This document shows positions 46,092 through 54,485 of a stretch of DNA of 64,000 nucleotides, in pieces; position 1 is the first letter of the stretch, and each line of letters opens with the position of its first letter. The translations under genes and the position numbers were made by a program. A model generated the notes under the pieces. That model was not told the DNA's origin. It saw only the letters and a program-made list of their open reading frames with translations, and made no database searches. The DNA is from a virus (taxonomy: Duplodnaviria > Caudoviricetes), in the IMG/VR virus record IMGVR_UViG_3300022876_000002, one strand, 5' to 3'.

Positions 46092-46838
46092 TCACCTGCT
46101 AAATATTCTGTGTTGATTTTGACTAATAACCGATTTGATAATCGTTTTATTAGACGCCTGTTGTTTGAACAATAAGATGTAATCTTGGAAATAGGCTCTA
46201 GAGGCGTTGGTTAGCTGAGTCCAGATAGAACCATTGTGTCCGTACAGTTCGTTGAACCCTGCTGCTAACGACTCGTGCCAAGAGTCTATTTGACAAATCC
46301 CATCGTCGTCATTGTCCCCACACTTGTTTTCCCTGACGTACGAGATCACCGCAGCATCGATGTCATTGAACCGCACATTGGTGAGGATACTGACTTCCGA
46401 TACCATGATTACAAAAGCACCGTCTACGCTGCGTCTGAACCGTTGTCGGTTATAACGCAGGCAGTTACAGATACTTTTGATCTCGTTGTCGTCAAAGTAC
46501 GTGCTAGCTACTTTGTTAATGAAAGCAATAGCAAATGCCACAGCTCCTTCCTGGGGATCGGTTCCTACGAAGCCACGACCGGTTTCCATGAGCATAACAC
46601 TGGCCAACAGAATGCCCTGACTATCGACATTCAATTGTTGTGCCTCTGCAACCTCCTTAGCCGTCACTAGAGCATGTTGTAGCCATGCAGTGTCATAACC
46701 CCTAGGGTTACCTTTAATGTGCTTGTAAACGCCGATAACGAAGTCCAGTGGCAATACGTCAGCTACCGAATCCAAGATACTCCTAAAAGTAGCTAAGTCC
46801 TTGCGGTCTTGGATGGTAAACCGTGTCGTCATAAACAA
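46092..46838 (-). CDS. hypothetical protein, possibly a degenerate HD-domain fold
   Basis: 248 aa with GAGG RBS. LLASVMLMETG aligns loosely to the llAallHDiG pattern. Confidence 0.6.
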   Translation of the reverse strand: MFMTTRFTIQDRKDLATFRSILDSVADVLPLDFVIGVYKHIKGNPRGYDTAWLQHALVTAKEVAEAQQLNVDSQGILLASVMLMETGRGFVGTDPQEGAVAFAIAFINKVASTYFDDNEIKSICNCLRYNRQRFRRSVDGAFVIMVSEVSILTNVRFNDIDAAVISYVRENKCGDNDDDGICQIDSWHESLAAGFNELYGHNGSIWTQLTNASRAYFQDYILLFKQQASNKTIIKSVISQNQHRIFSR

Positions 46839-46922
46839 TACCTCTTAAATTAGTGTAACTCCCCAAAAAATTGAAAAGATGGGGTTGGGTACCACTACCC
46901 CCGAAGGAGTAGTGGTATTTGG

Positions 46923-48260
46923 TTAGAGATAGAAGTTGTTTTCTACTACTTCAGCAGGGTGTTTGCCTACGAAGCTGGTAGCCAGGTCCGAGAGCATCAG
47001 GCAAGAGAAATTCAGACTACGCATGATTGCAGCACCATCCCAATCGATTACTACAACCGGCGCGCTTTCGGTTTTAACCAACCAGCGAACACGTTCGGAC
47101 AGTACCGTGCGGAAAGCATTGCGCTTGTACAGGTCCTCCACTTCATTTGGAATACCAGCGTTGTTGTAAGCCCAGGATACCCATTCCTCGCTTATGGTGA
47201 ACAGACCACGATCGACCCAGGTTTGATCCTTGGCAAAGATGGAAGGTTCTTCACTCGGTGCCTTGACATCACCCGGTGTAGGAGTCGTTTGATCACCACA
47301 ATGATCGCCCACTACGGCCAAATCTTCCATGCCGTTATATTGTGACAGAACGTCTTTATAACCAGCCCCAGATTTAGGTTTTGGGAACAGTTCCACAGTA
47401 CCTACACTGAAGATTGGCGAAACAAGGCTCTCGGCGAAGAACGTATCCCAGGCCACCATGGTGGTGATTTCTTTACGCTCCTCGGTTTGGAAGTTCCTGG
47501 TGTACAGAGCACATACCGATGCCAGCAGAACGCGTTCGTACTTACGACGATGTTCTATCGTGTCCAGACGCAGCTCCAGATCGACCACGACTTTGGTGTG
47601 CCAGTCTGGGTTAACCTGGTAGAACCCATCGTCACCGGCGATCGTAACTTGCGGCAGGAACTTTTCAGCCACACGGTAAAGCTCGTCAGGCTTCATGATG
47701 TGAGCTTTGAACAACCGCTCCAGACATTCGCAGTAGTTGATCTGGAGGGAGTCGAGTCGGGACTGGGTTTCTTTGTGCTTTGCAATCTCGTGGTCGAGTT
47801 CCTCGGCCAGCTCCATCCCGGTGTTCTGAGCTTTCTTAACGTGCTCTTCAGCCAACAAGAGTTTGCTTTGAAGGTCAGACACTGTATTTGCATTATCACG
47901 CATCGCGCGGTGTTGTGCATTACAGTTCTCGGTTACTTCATCGCGGAGGGCGTTGTACTGACCCTCACGTTCTTCGATCAACCGTCGCAACTCAGCGATC
48001 TCGCGTGGGTGATCTTCTTTCAGCTTGAGGATGATACCGTCCAGGACCTTATGGTCGTCAAAGATATCGTCCAACAGCTTGCAGGCATCAGCGAGCAACT
48101 TGTTGGCACGACCAACTGCTCGCGCTCCCACAGGTTTGGCAGACTCTTTGGAAGTACGCATAGCGTTAACTGCTTCTTGCAGCGAACGCTTCACACGGAA
48201 AATACGATCTTCCACCGGAATCACTTTAGCGTTAGCCGGCTTCACATTGGTATCGGTCAT
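46923..48260 (-). CDS. coiled-coil-containing hypothetical protein
   Basis: 445 aa. Heptad-like E/K/L-rich N-terminal half. Confidence 0.7.
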   Translation of the reverse strand: MTDTNVKPANAKVIPVEDRIFRVKRSLQEAVNAMRTSKESAKPVGARAVGRANKLLADACKLLDDIFDDHKVLDGIILKLKEDHPREIAELRRLIEEREGQYNALRDEVTENCNAQHRAMRDNANTVSDLQSKLLLAEEHVKKAQNTGMELAEELDHEIAKHKETQSRLDSLQINYCECLERLFKAHIMKPDELYRVAEKFLPQVTIAGDDGFYQVNPDWHTKVVVDLELRLDTIEHRRKYERVLLASVCALYTRNFQTEERKEITTMVAWDTFFAESLVSPIFSVGTVELFPKPKSGAGYKDVLSQYNGMEDLAVVGDHCGDQTTPTPGDVKAPSEEPSIFAKDQTWVDRGLFTISEEWVSWAYNNAGIPNEVEDLYKRNAFRTVLSERVRWLVKTESAPVVVIDWDGAAIMRSLNFSCLMLSDLATSFVGKHPAEVVENNFYL

Positions 48261-48305
48261 TACAAAACTCCAGATTAATAAAAGGTATTACAGCGGTGGT
48301 GTAAA

Positions 48306-48746
48306 TCAGTTGTCGTCGACCCAGGCCATGTTGGCGGTCAGCTGATCACTGAAATTGAATTGCTTGATGTCACGGCAAGCGTCTTCCAGGATAACCTGGT
48401 TGTCCCGGTCAACACTCAGAGTAACCAGGGTGTGGTCGCCGTAATCGGTGACAGTGAACTTGCCCTGCTCGTCACCCTGGATGAAATACATGATGGTGTC
48501 TTTGACTTTCTGCGGAGAGTTGTACTCCGAGTTCCAGAACATGTCATTGGTCTTTTTGACCACCGAGTATTTCGGGGTGTCCAGATCCGTGCCGTAATTA
48601 ACGACCAGACCGTCGTCAGACTTGTTGAAGATTACCTCGAGCTGTTTACCCTGCTGGGTGTCGCAGCTCACAATGACTTCAGGAGAGGCAACCGCGTTAA
48701 CAGCTACCAGACCGAACAGTACACCAGCGATGATAGATTTACGCAT
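48306..48746 (-). CDS. secreted/periplasmic protein with signal peptide
   Basis: MRKSIIAGVLFGLVAVNAVA|SPE is a typical SPase I signal; two Cys; AGGAG RBS. Confidence 0.75.
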   Translation of the reverse strand: MRKSIIAGVLFGLVAVNAVASPEVIVSCDTQQGKQLEVIFNKSDDGLVVNYGTDLDTPKYSVVKKTNDMFWNSEYNSPQKVKDTIMYFIQGDEQGKFTVTDYGDHTLVTLSVDRDNQVILEDACRDIKQFNFSDQLTANMAWVDDN

Positions 48747-48791
48747 GATAAAACTCCTAGAACAATTGATTGATTGACCTTCATCATGGTA

Positions 48792-48811
48792 GTAATATAG
48801 ATGTAACTGCT
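48792..48811 (-). promoter_or_regulatory. early-type promoter core
   Basis: Minus strand ...CATCTATATTAC upstream of the secreted-protein gene. Confidence 0.5.
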
Positions 48812-48827
48812 GCTAGGAATTAACTGC

Positions 48828-48867
48828 TACTATACCAGGTAGGGCTTGCGCCCTACCTGGTATAGTA
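48828..48867. terminator. terminator hairpin / palindromic repeat
   Basis: 18-bp perfect stem TACTATACCAGGTAGGGC/GCCCTACCTGGTATAGTA. Confidence 0.7.
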
Positions 48868-48873
48868 AACAGA

Positions 48874-49131
48874 TTACAACTTCCAGCCAGCTGGTTCTGG
48901 TTCGTCCGGGAGATCTGGAGCAGGAGGCACTGGATTACGGATATCCTCCTCAATCAGCTCCAGTAGATCGGACAGATTGGAGCGGACGTAACCTTCGCCC
49001 CAGTTAGTAGACCACTCAGCCCGTCCGGCAATGTAACAGATGTCGAAATCGACTTTCCGTTCATTGGCAGCTTTAACAGCGGCAGCCACTCGCTCTTCTA
49101 ACGATTTAGGCTGGTTAGTTGTAACACCCAT
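48874..49131 (-). CDS. small hypothetical protein
   Basis: 85 aa with GAGG RBS and a Pro-rich C-terminus. Confidence 0.6.
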   Translation of the reverse strand: MGVTTNQPKSLEERVAAAVKAANERKVDFDICYIAGRAEWSTNWGEGYVRSNLSDLLELIEEDIRNPVPPAPDLPDEPEPAGWKL

Positions 49132-49139
49132 TTAGCACC

Positions 49140-49889
49140 TCATTTATCGAAAATCCCGTTATTAGGTACTTTCCCAGGAACAATCTTGGACAACACACTA
49201 TCCCCACGCAAGCTTGGTGGAATCTTGATGCTCGGAGCATGTGCTTTCTGCTTATTACGATCCCCTTTGATTTTCATCAACAGAGACTCTACCTGCCAGA
49301 ATACGTTGTCAGCACTTTGCTCGGCATCTACCAGATGATAAATACCCGGATCTTGTTTTGCTACGGATTCAAAGTAGTTCTGGATACGGTTATTCCGCTC
49401 CATGGTCCAGTTATCAAACTGGTCACTACCTTTTTCGGTAACAGAGATCCGCGCAGCAAAGGTCTCGGGATCACCGCCCATGATGATGGTCATGTCAGGG
49501 ACCAGACCAATTGCATCATGGTGTAGTTTGTCTAGCGTGTATAACGGCAGTCCACGACCAATACCTTGGAAAGCAAAGGTACTGAGCATATAACGGTCAC
49601 ACAGTACTACGTCGCCACGTTCCAGTGCTGGTTTGATAACGGTCTCTACATGCTGAGCACGAGCTGCTTTAAATAGCAGGGCCTCCGCCATAGGGGTTAA
49701 CGGCTCTGCATCAGGGATGCCCTCACGACACAGCTTACGCAAGAAGTTAGCCGCCGGAGTACCACCTGGCTCAAAGGTACGGACACAAGGAATACGCTCC
49801 TCAGTGAACCATGCCTGGATGCGATCGCATAAGGTGGTTTTACCGCTCCCACCCAAACCTTCCGTTACCAATAAAAATCCTTTAGACAT
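49140..49889 (-). CDS. tmk: thymidylate kinase
   Basis: P-loop EGLGGSGKTT, EPGGT, ALLFKAAR, CDRYMLSTFAFQG, PDMTI. Confidence 0.92.
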   Translation of the reverse strand: MSKGFLLVTEGLGGSGKTTLCDRIQAWFTEERIPCVRTFEPGGTPAANFLRKLCREGIPDAEPLTPMAEALLFKAARAQHVETVIKPALERGDVVLCDRYMLSTFAFQGIGRGLPLYTLDKLHHDAIGLVPDMTIIMGGDPETFAARISVTEKGSDQFDNWTMERNNRIQNYFESVAKQDPGIYHLVDAEQSADNVFWQVESLLMKIKGDRNKQKAHAPSIKIPPSLRGDSVLSKIVPGKVPNNGIFDK

Positions 49890-49942
49890 CGTAAACCCAC
49901 CTTACACCTGTTTATGGTGTAAGATGGGTTGGTCAGTTTTAA

Positions 49943-50863
49943 TTACGATTGCTTATAGACCACCCCACGGAGGTAACGTTCCAGTTCGTCGTGGTCATCA
50001 GTAACCAGAGCAGCAGACCACGGTTCCAGAGGGATGTTGATCAAGTGACCTACTCGCTTTTGCAGTGGCTCCAGAGCAAAACCATATTCAATACTGGTGA
50101 GCTTAGGATCTTCTTCTAATACTTCAGCGCGAGCGCGTTGGAGGTAACCGAGATTCTGCAAGTCACTCAGAGAAACCCAACCCATCATGGAGTACTTGTC
50201 ATCAAGGAATTCCATGACCGTTGTCACGGGTACAGGTACCGCGTAAATAGCAGCTACATGCGGCGCGCCGTTGTAACCTGGCTTGCGTTTACCATCCCGC
50301 AGGAAATGCATCGGCGGAGTAAAGTTCTTATGGAATGCCTCGTTGTCGTAATCAATGGCCATGAGTGTAGTTTCGACCTTGGCTTGGTACTGACGCTTAG
50401 CTGCATGCATCAGGGTTTCAGTACCCCAGATCTGACCAGACTGTTTACGATAGTACTCATCCACTTGAACAGGGTAACCACAGACGTCGTTTTGCAGTAC
50501 ATCACCGCTGATACCGATGGACAGTACCTCGTAAGTTTTGCCTTCGTTATCAGTCTTGGTTTGTTTGTATACTGCTACTGAAGGCATGTAATCACGCTCG
50601 TCTGCATCCAGTTGGTAACGCCCTTGCCTGTCCAAAGGAGGCATTTGTTTAACGGTAATACCGTAAGTTACCAGCGGTGCGATAGTGGTGAACTTATCCA
50701 GGTAGCCACGTGCAACACCGCACATACCGACGTCAAGCAGTTGATGATGGAGACCACCACCATAGCGCATACCAAAGGTAGGAGCACCGAACATATCAAC
50801 GACACACTCTTCGAACAGGCCGAATACCAGCTCGCTATCTCTATCATTGAAAACAGGTTTCAT
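49943..50863 (-). CDS. hypothetical protein, possibly a degenerate Nudix-like fold
   Basis: 306 aa. LSIGISGDV...TLMHAAKRQ resembles SIGxGGH...AxRE of phage Nudix-like proteins but lacks the box glutamates. Confidence 0.55.
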   Translation of the reverse strand: MKPVFNDRDSELVFGLFEECVVDMFGAPTFGMRYGGGLHHQLLDVGMCGVARGYLDKFTTIAPLVTYGITVKQMPPLDRQGRYQLDADERDYMPSVAVYKQTKTDNEGKTYEVLSIGISGDVLQNDVCGYPVQVDEYYRKQSGQIWGTETLMHAAKRQYQAKVETTLMAIDYDNEAFHKNFTPPMHFLRDGKRKPGYNGAPHVAAIYAVPVPVTTVMEFLDDKYSMMGWVSLSDLQNLGYLQRARAEVLEEDPKLTSIEYGFALEPLQKRVGHLINIPLEPWSAALVTDDHDELERYLRGVVYKQS

Positions 50864-50865
50864 AA

Positions 50866-51099
50866 CTAATGCTCCAAAAGTTTATAAATAGAAGTTACAA
50901 AGAAGAAGGAATTAATAGCAAAATGCATATAAGCAGTAATGGCGAACTGACAAAGCCAATCATGATAATGGAGTTTAGTATAACTCCAAGTTAGCATACG
51001 GTGTCTGTACAAGCAGTTTAACGTAAGCATAACTGTTGCTACAGTAAGAACTATTTCCCAGAACATTCTGACACCTTGTCGCTGACAATCAACGACCAC
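50866..51099 (-). CDS. small membrane protein (start probably Met at 51066)
   Basis: Two hydrophobic stretches. Confidence 0.45.
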   Translation of the reverse strand: MVVDCQRQGVRMFWEIVLTVATVMLTLNCLYRHRMLTWSYTKLHYHDWLCQFAITAYMHFAINSFFFVTSIYKLLEH

Positions 51100-51443
51100 G
51101 GAGACATAGGGCGTAAGCTGTAGAACCCAGCTACATTTACTGTCTTATCCAAGTGGTATTTGGTGGTATGCGAGTAGATCATCAGATCCACTTGCTTGGT
51201 TTCATCTTCGAGCAGCTCTTGCACACCATTATGCTCAAAGTAAATACGCATTATAGTGACGAACGTCTCTACGTCATCACCAGGGATATAGAAGTTGTTA
51301 TCAGCACGCGCTACGTCTACTACACCACGCAAGTGGTACCAGAAGGTGCTAGTGGTATAGCCCTTAACGATTTCACGGAAAGCTTCAGACAGTGGAACTT
51401 TGATCCCACCAGGAACTTTCTCAAACTTAATGTTGTTAGCCAT
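51051..51443 (-). CDS. hypothetical protein
   Basis: 130 aa, operonic. Confidence 0.6.
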   Translation of the reverse strand: MANNIKFEKVPGGIKVPLSEAFREIVKGYTTSTFWYHLRGVVDVARADNNFYIPGDDVETFVTIMRIYFEHNGVQELLEDETKQVDLMIYSHTTKYHLDKTVNVAGFYSLRPMSPWSLIVSDKVSECSGK

Positions 51444-51520
51444 TGCCGTACCCTAAAAATGAAAATGCGGAATAGACCCTGCTCCTAGGTGTTACCCCAG
51501 GAGCAGGACTCAACTACTGC

Positions 51521-51964
51521 TTAGCTGAACAGCTTGGTTGCCATGTCAACGTTGACCTGGTCTTGCTCAGCCATCCAGGCGGCGTGGTCGCCGGAGTGCT
51601 GATAGGTGGTCTGGGTGGTGCTGTGACCGTAGATGTAGACGTCGTCGGCAATCTGGTTGCGCAGGTGGTGCTGGGAGTTGATGATCACACCGCCCAGTTC
51701 CAGAGTACCGTCGACAGTGGAGATCTTGTTGTTTTCTTCGTACTGCTTACGAGCGATCTGAGCTACCGCTTCGCGGACCTGGCCGGAAGTGTCATTGAGG
51801 AAGTTAACGTGAGTCTGCAGCGACTCGACGGTAACGTTCTCCGGGAACTCGACCTTGGATGCATCAAACGTTACGTGGTTGGAGCCTTTGTTGTAATCAT
51901 GGTGCTCCACCAGCGAGGCCACACCGTTACCCATCAGTTTGGCGTATTCGTTATTCAGCGACAT
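51521..51964 (-). CDS. highly expressed hypothetical protein
   Basis: 147 aa with strong codon bias, its own consensus early promoter and a terminator (51478-51507). Confidence 0.8.
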   Translation of the reverse strand: MSLNNEYAKLMGNGVASLVEHHDYNKGSNHVTFDASKVEFPENVTVESLQTHVNFLNDTSGQVREAVAQIARKQYEENNKISTVDGTLELGGVIINSQHHLRNQIADDVYIYGHSTTQTTYQHSGDHAAWMAEQDQVNVDMATKLFS

Positions 51965-52060
51965 AAGAGACTCACTTATACAAAATAGGGTTTAGTAAAC
52001 TACCAAAGGAAGAGGAGTGCGTACACGTCCCCTCAGGCATTTGCCTGTTTGGTCATCCTA

Positions 52061-52081
52061 GTGATATAGGCTTGAAATATT
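52061..52081 (-). promoter_or_regulatory. early-type promoter
   Basis: Minus strand AATATTTCAAGCCTATATCAC, one of the best consensus copies. Confidence 0.65.
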
Positions 52082-52088
52082 CTTACTG

Positions 52089-52817
52089 TTAGATGTAGTA
52101 AGTCAGCAAGCGCAGCGGATCGAAGATGTGGATGTGGTCATCGTCGGCCGGGGTGTCGAAGTGTTGCTGTGCTTCTACCAGGCGTTGTTCGAAGAACGCC
52201 GGGGTGAAACCTTGTACATCCAGCAATGCATGGAAACAACCGATTTGTTGCGCGTAGCGCTCGATCAGTTCTTCCGCGGACTCACCCAGGTCGAAACGGC
52301 TACCCAGGTAAATCACCAACATTTCGGCGATTTTCTCGTTGTCGGTGGACACCGCCATGTCAACCAGGGCGTCGTCGAAACCGATCAGACGAGTAGCGAT
52401 CACCTTGAACAGTTCTTCATGGGTCTCGAAGGTATGAGCAGCAGTGATGTTGCTGATAGCCTTGTTGGTGAAGTTTTCACCGCTAATGGTGTTCTTGGTC
52501 CAGGCAGTAGTACGCACACCACGCGACTGCATGTAGGTTTTGATGATGTAAGCGATGTAGGTATAGACCGCATCGGTCTTGACCGTGCTTACCGCCACAC
52601 CCTTGATCAGGTGCTCACCGGTTTCAACGTTAGTGAAGCGCGCCCAGCGTTCCTTCGAGGTCTGCAACAGTGTGCGCAGAACCTGGATACCACCAACGAC
52701 ATCCCGCAATGCCAAGGCTACGGAAACTTGGTCCAACTTGGCATTCAGCAGGTTGTCTTTAGCGAATTGTTCGTCCATCTGTACTACTCCAATTTCGTTG
52801 AGTATTGTTGGGCCCAT
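52089..52817 (-). CDS. conserved hypothetical protein (phiKZ gp174 position)
   Basis: 242 aa, codon-biased, downstream of the head protease. Confidence 0.65.
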   Translation of the reverse strand: MGPTILNEIGVVQMDEQFAKDNLLNAKLDQVSVALALRDVVGGIQVLRTLLQTSKERWARFTNVETGEHLIKGVAVSTVKTDAVYTYIAYIIKTYMQSRGVRTTAWTKNTISGENFTNKAISNITAAHTFETHEELFKVIATRLIGFDDALVDMAVSTDNEKIAEMLVIYLGSRFDLGESAEELIERYAQQIGCFHALLDVQGFTPAFFEQRLVEAQQHFDTPADDDHIHIFDPLRLLTYYI

Positions 52818-52896
52818 TCACCGGGTAATACATTGTAGGCCCAGCTAAAAAATAAATATACCTAAGGTGGAGGCGAACCCCCACCTTAGGCTACAA

Positions 52897-53745
52897 TCAG
52901 AACACGTTCAGCGAGCTGGTTACACGCAGTTGTACTTTGTCGGTGTGACGATAAGTCTTTTTGATCTGTTCGATCATGTGGACCAGACCATCGTGCGACT
53001 CAGTACCAGCGAAACGCACCTGGAAGGCTTCCTTACGCATTTCACGGTCGCATACGTAGATAACCTCATCTACGGTAGCGGACATCTCAGCAGGCCCTTG
53101 GCGGAGCTGCTGTGCCATGTAATCTTCCAGACCAGCAGTACGGTGCTTACAGGCCATCAACATGCCTTGTTCCATAACCAGATCGTAGCCAGTGAAGTAA
53201 TCCACCTCACGGACACGGTCACCGAGCTTCTGAGGCTTGGTAACAGTACGAATGGAGAAAGCAGTGTTCATGTCAGGGTCGGCAAGCGATTCCTTCAGAA
53301 CATAGCTCAGAGGCCCCCACGGGCGTACTTCGATCTTGTTGTAGATAGGACCGGTTTCACCTTGGTCCATGATCCAGTGGATCTTGCGGATCGAACCACA
53401 CACGTTCGCTTCCACGATAGTGCGCAGGCGATGGATCCATTGGAACACGTCGGTGATTGGGGTCTGCACGATGCGACCGTCACGCCATTCCCAGTAGTAC
53501 TGAGGCGGGTGGCCGAGTTCACACCACAACTGCTTCTCCGAGATCCGACGGTTGAGATCGGACTCAGGACGCATGCACTCACGCAGGTATTCGTTGAAGC
53601 GGTATTTGATACCACTCCGGTTCTCGATGTTGAAGCCCCCGGCGTTTACCAAGTAGTAATCACCACCTGGCTCCATCGGTTGCAACATACCGCGTTTACC
53701 CGTACCTTCTAATACCGTGCTGCCAAAACTGATAATTTGACTCAT
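52897..53745 (-). CDS. head maturation protease (phiKZ gp175-like)
   Basis: 282 aa. Motifs ELGHP, FSIR and YDLVMEQG of the herpes-like prohead serine protease fold. Confidence 0.85.
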   Translation of the reverse strand: MSQIISFGSTVLEGTGKRGMLQPMEPGGDYYLVNAGGFNIENRSGIKYRFNEYLRECMRPESDLNRRISEKQLWCELGHPPQYYWEWRDGRIVQTPITDVFQWIHRLRTIVEANVCGSIRKIHWIMDQGETGPIYNKIEVRPWGPLSYVLKESLADPDMNTAFSIRTVTKPQKLGDRVREVDYFTGYDLVMEQGMLMACKHRTAGLEDYMAQQLRQGPAEMSATVDEVIYVCDREMRKEAFQVRFAGTESHDGLVHMIEQIKKTYRHTDKVQLRVTSSLNVF

Positions 53746-54485
53746 GTCGGAATACCTCGCATAATCCGTTCGTAATCTGTAACCTTGGTATCCGGGTTGA
53801 CAATAGCCGCAACGGTGTTGTCTTGCAGATAACCACTGGATATCTTAGCGAAGGTACCGTCGATCAACATGCTGCCGTTGTTGAGCCCAACAATCAGTGG
53901 TGGACGACCCTCCGCAATAGCCTTACTGTAGCGATAAGGCTGGTCAGGGTTATCCGGGTCACGGAACATAATGGATGTGAGGACACGTGGGACCTGGAAA
54001 GTGCTGCCCACGTCTACACCGCATTCAGCTTTGGCGTTGTCAAACAAGCCTTCGACTTCACGGTGCGACATGTACCAGGTGATCTTAGCGTAGTAGTAGA
54101 ACTCGAGCATGTAGAAATACGGTTTGTTCGAATCCTGAATCACCTCCAAGGACTCAATAACCGTATCCCCTTTCTCAAACTCCAATACCAGATAAGGTAC
54201 ACCCTTGATGTTGACCTCACGAATGTTCAGCGGTAGTAGGGTAATGTCCATCAACGCTACCAGAGGAGCATAACACTCATCCGGAATCACCAAACCTAAT
54301 ACAGCAGCTGTAGTAACTTTGTCACTAACAGTAGCCATCCCGTTATCCACAAACCGCCTTGGGATATAAACTTCCAAGTAACGGTTTGCGATAACGGAAC
54401 CATCAGGTAATTCAGTGAGTGCTTTAGCTTGAAAGCTAGCGCTGGGTTCCCTACGGAGCCCTTCTATACTCATGCTACCAGACAC
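53742..54485 (-). CDS. virion protein (phiKZ gp176 position)
   Basis: 247 aa, overlapping both neighbours. Assigned by synteny. Confidence 0.65.
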   Translation of the reverse strand: MSGSMSIEGLRREPSASFQAKALTELPDGSVIANRYLEVYIPRRFVDNGMATVSDKVTTAAVLGLVIPDECYAPLVALMDITLLPLNIREVNIKGVPYLVLEFEKGDTVIESLEVIQDSNKPYFYMLEFYYYAKITWYMSHREVEGLFDNAKAECGVDVGSTFQVPRVLTSIMFRDPDNPDQPYRYSKAIAEGRPPLIVGLNNGSMLIDGTFAKISSGYLQDNTVAAIVNPDTKVTDYERIMRGIPT

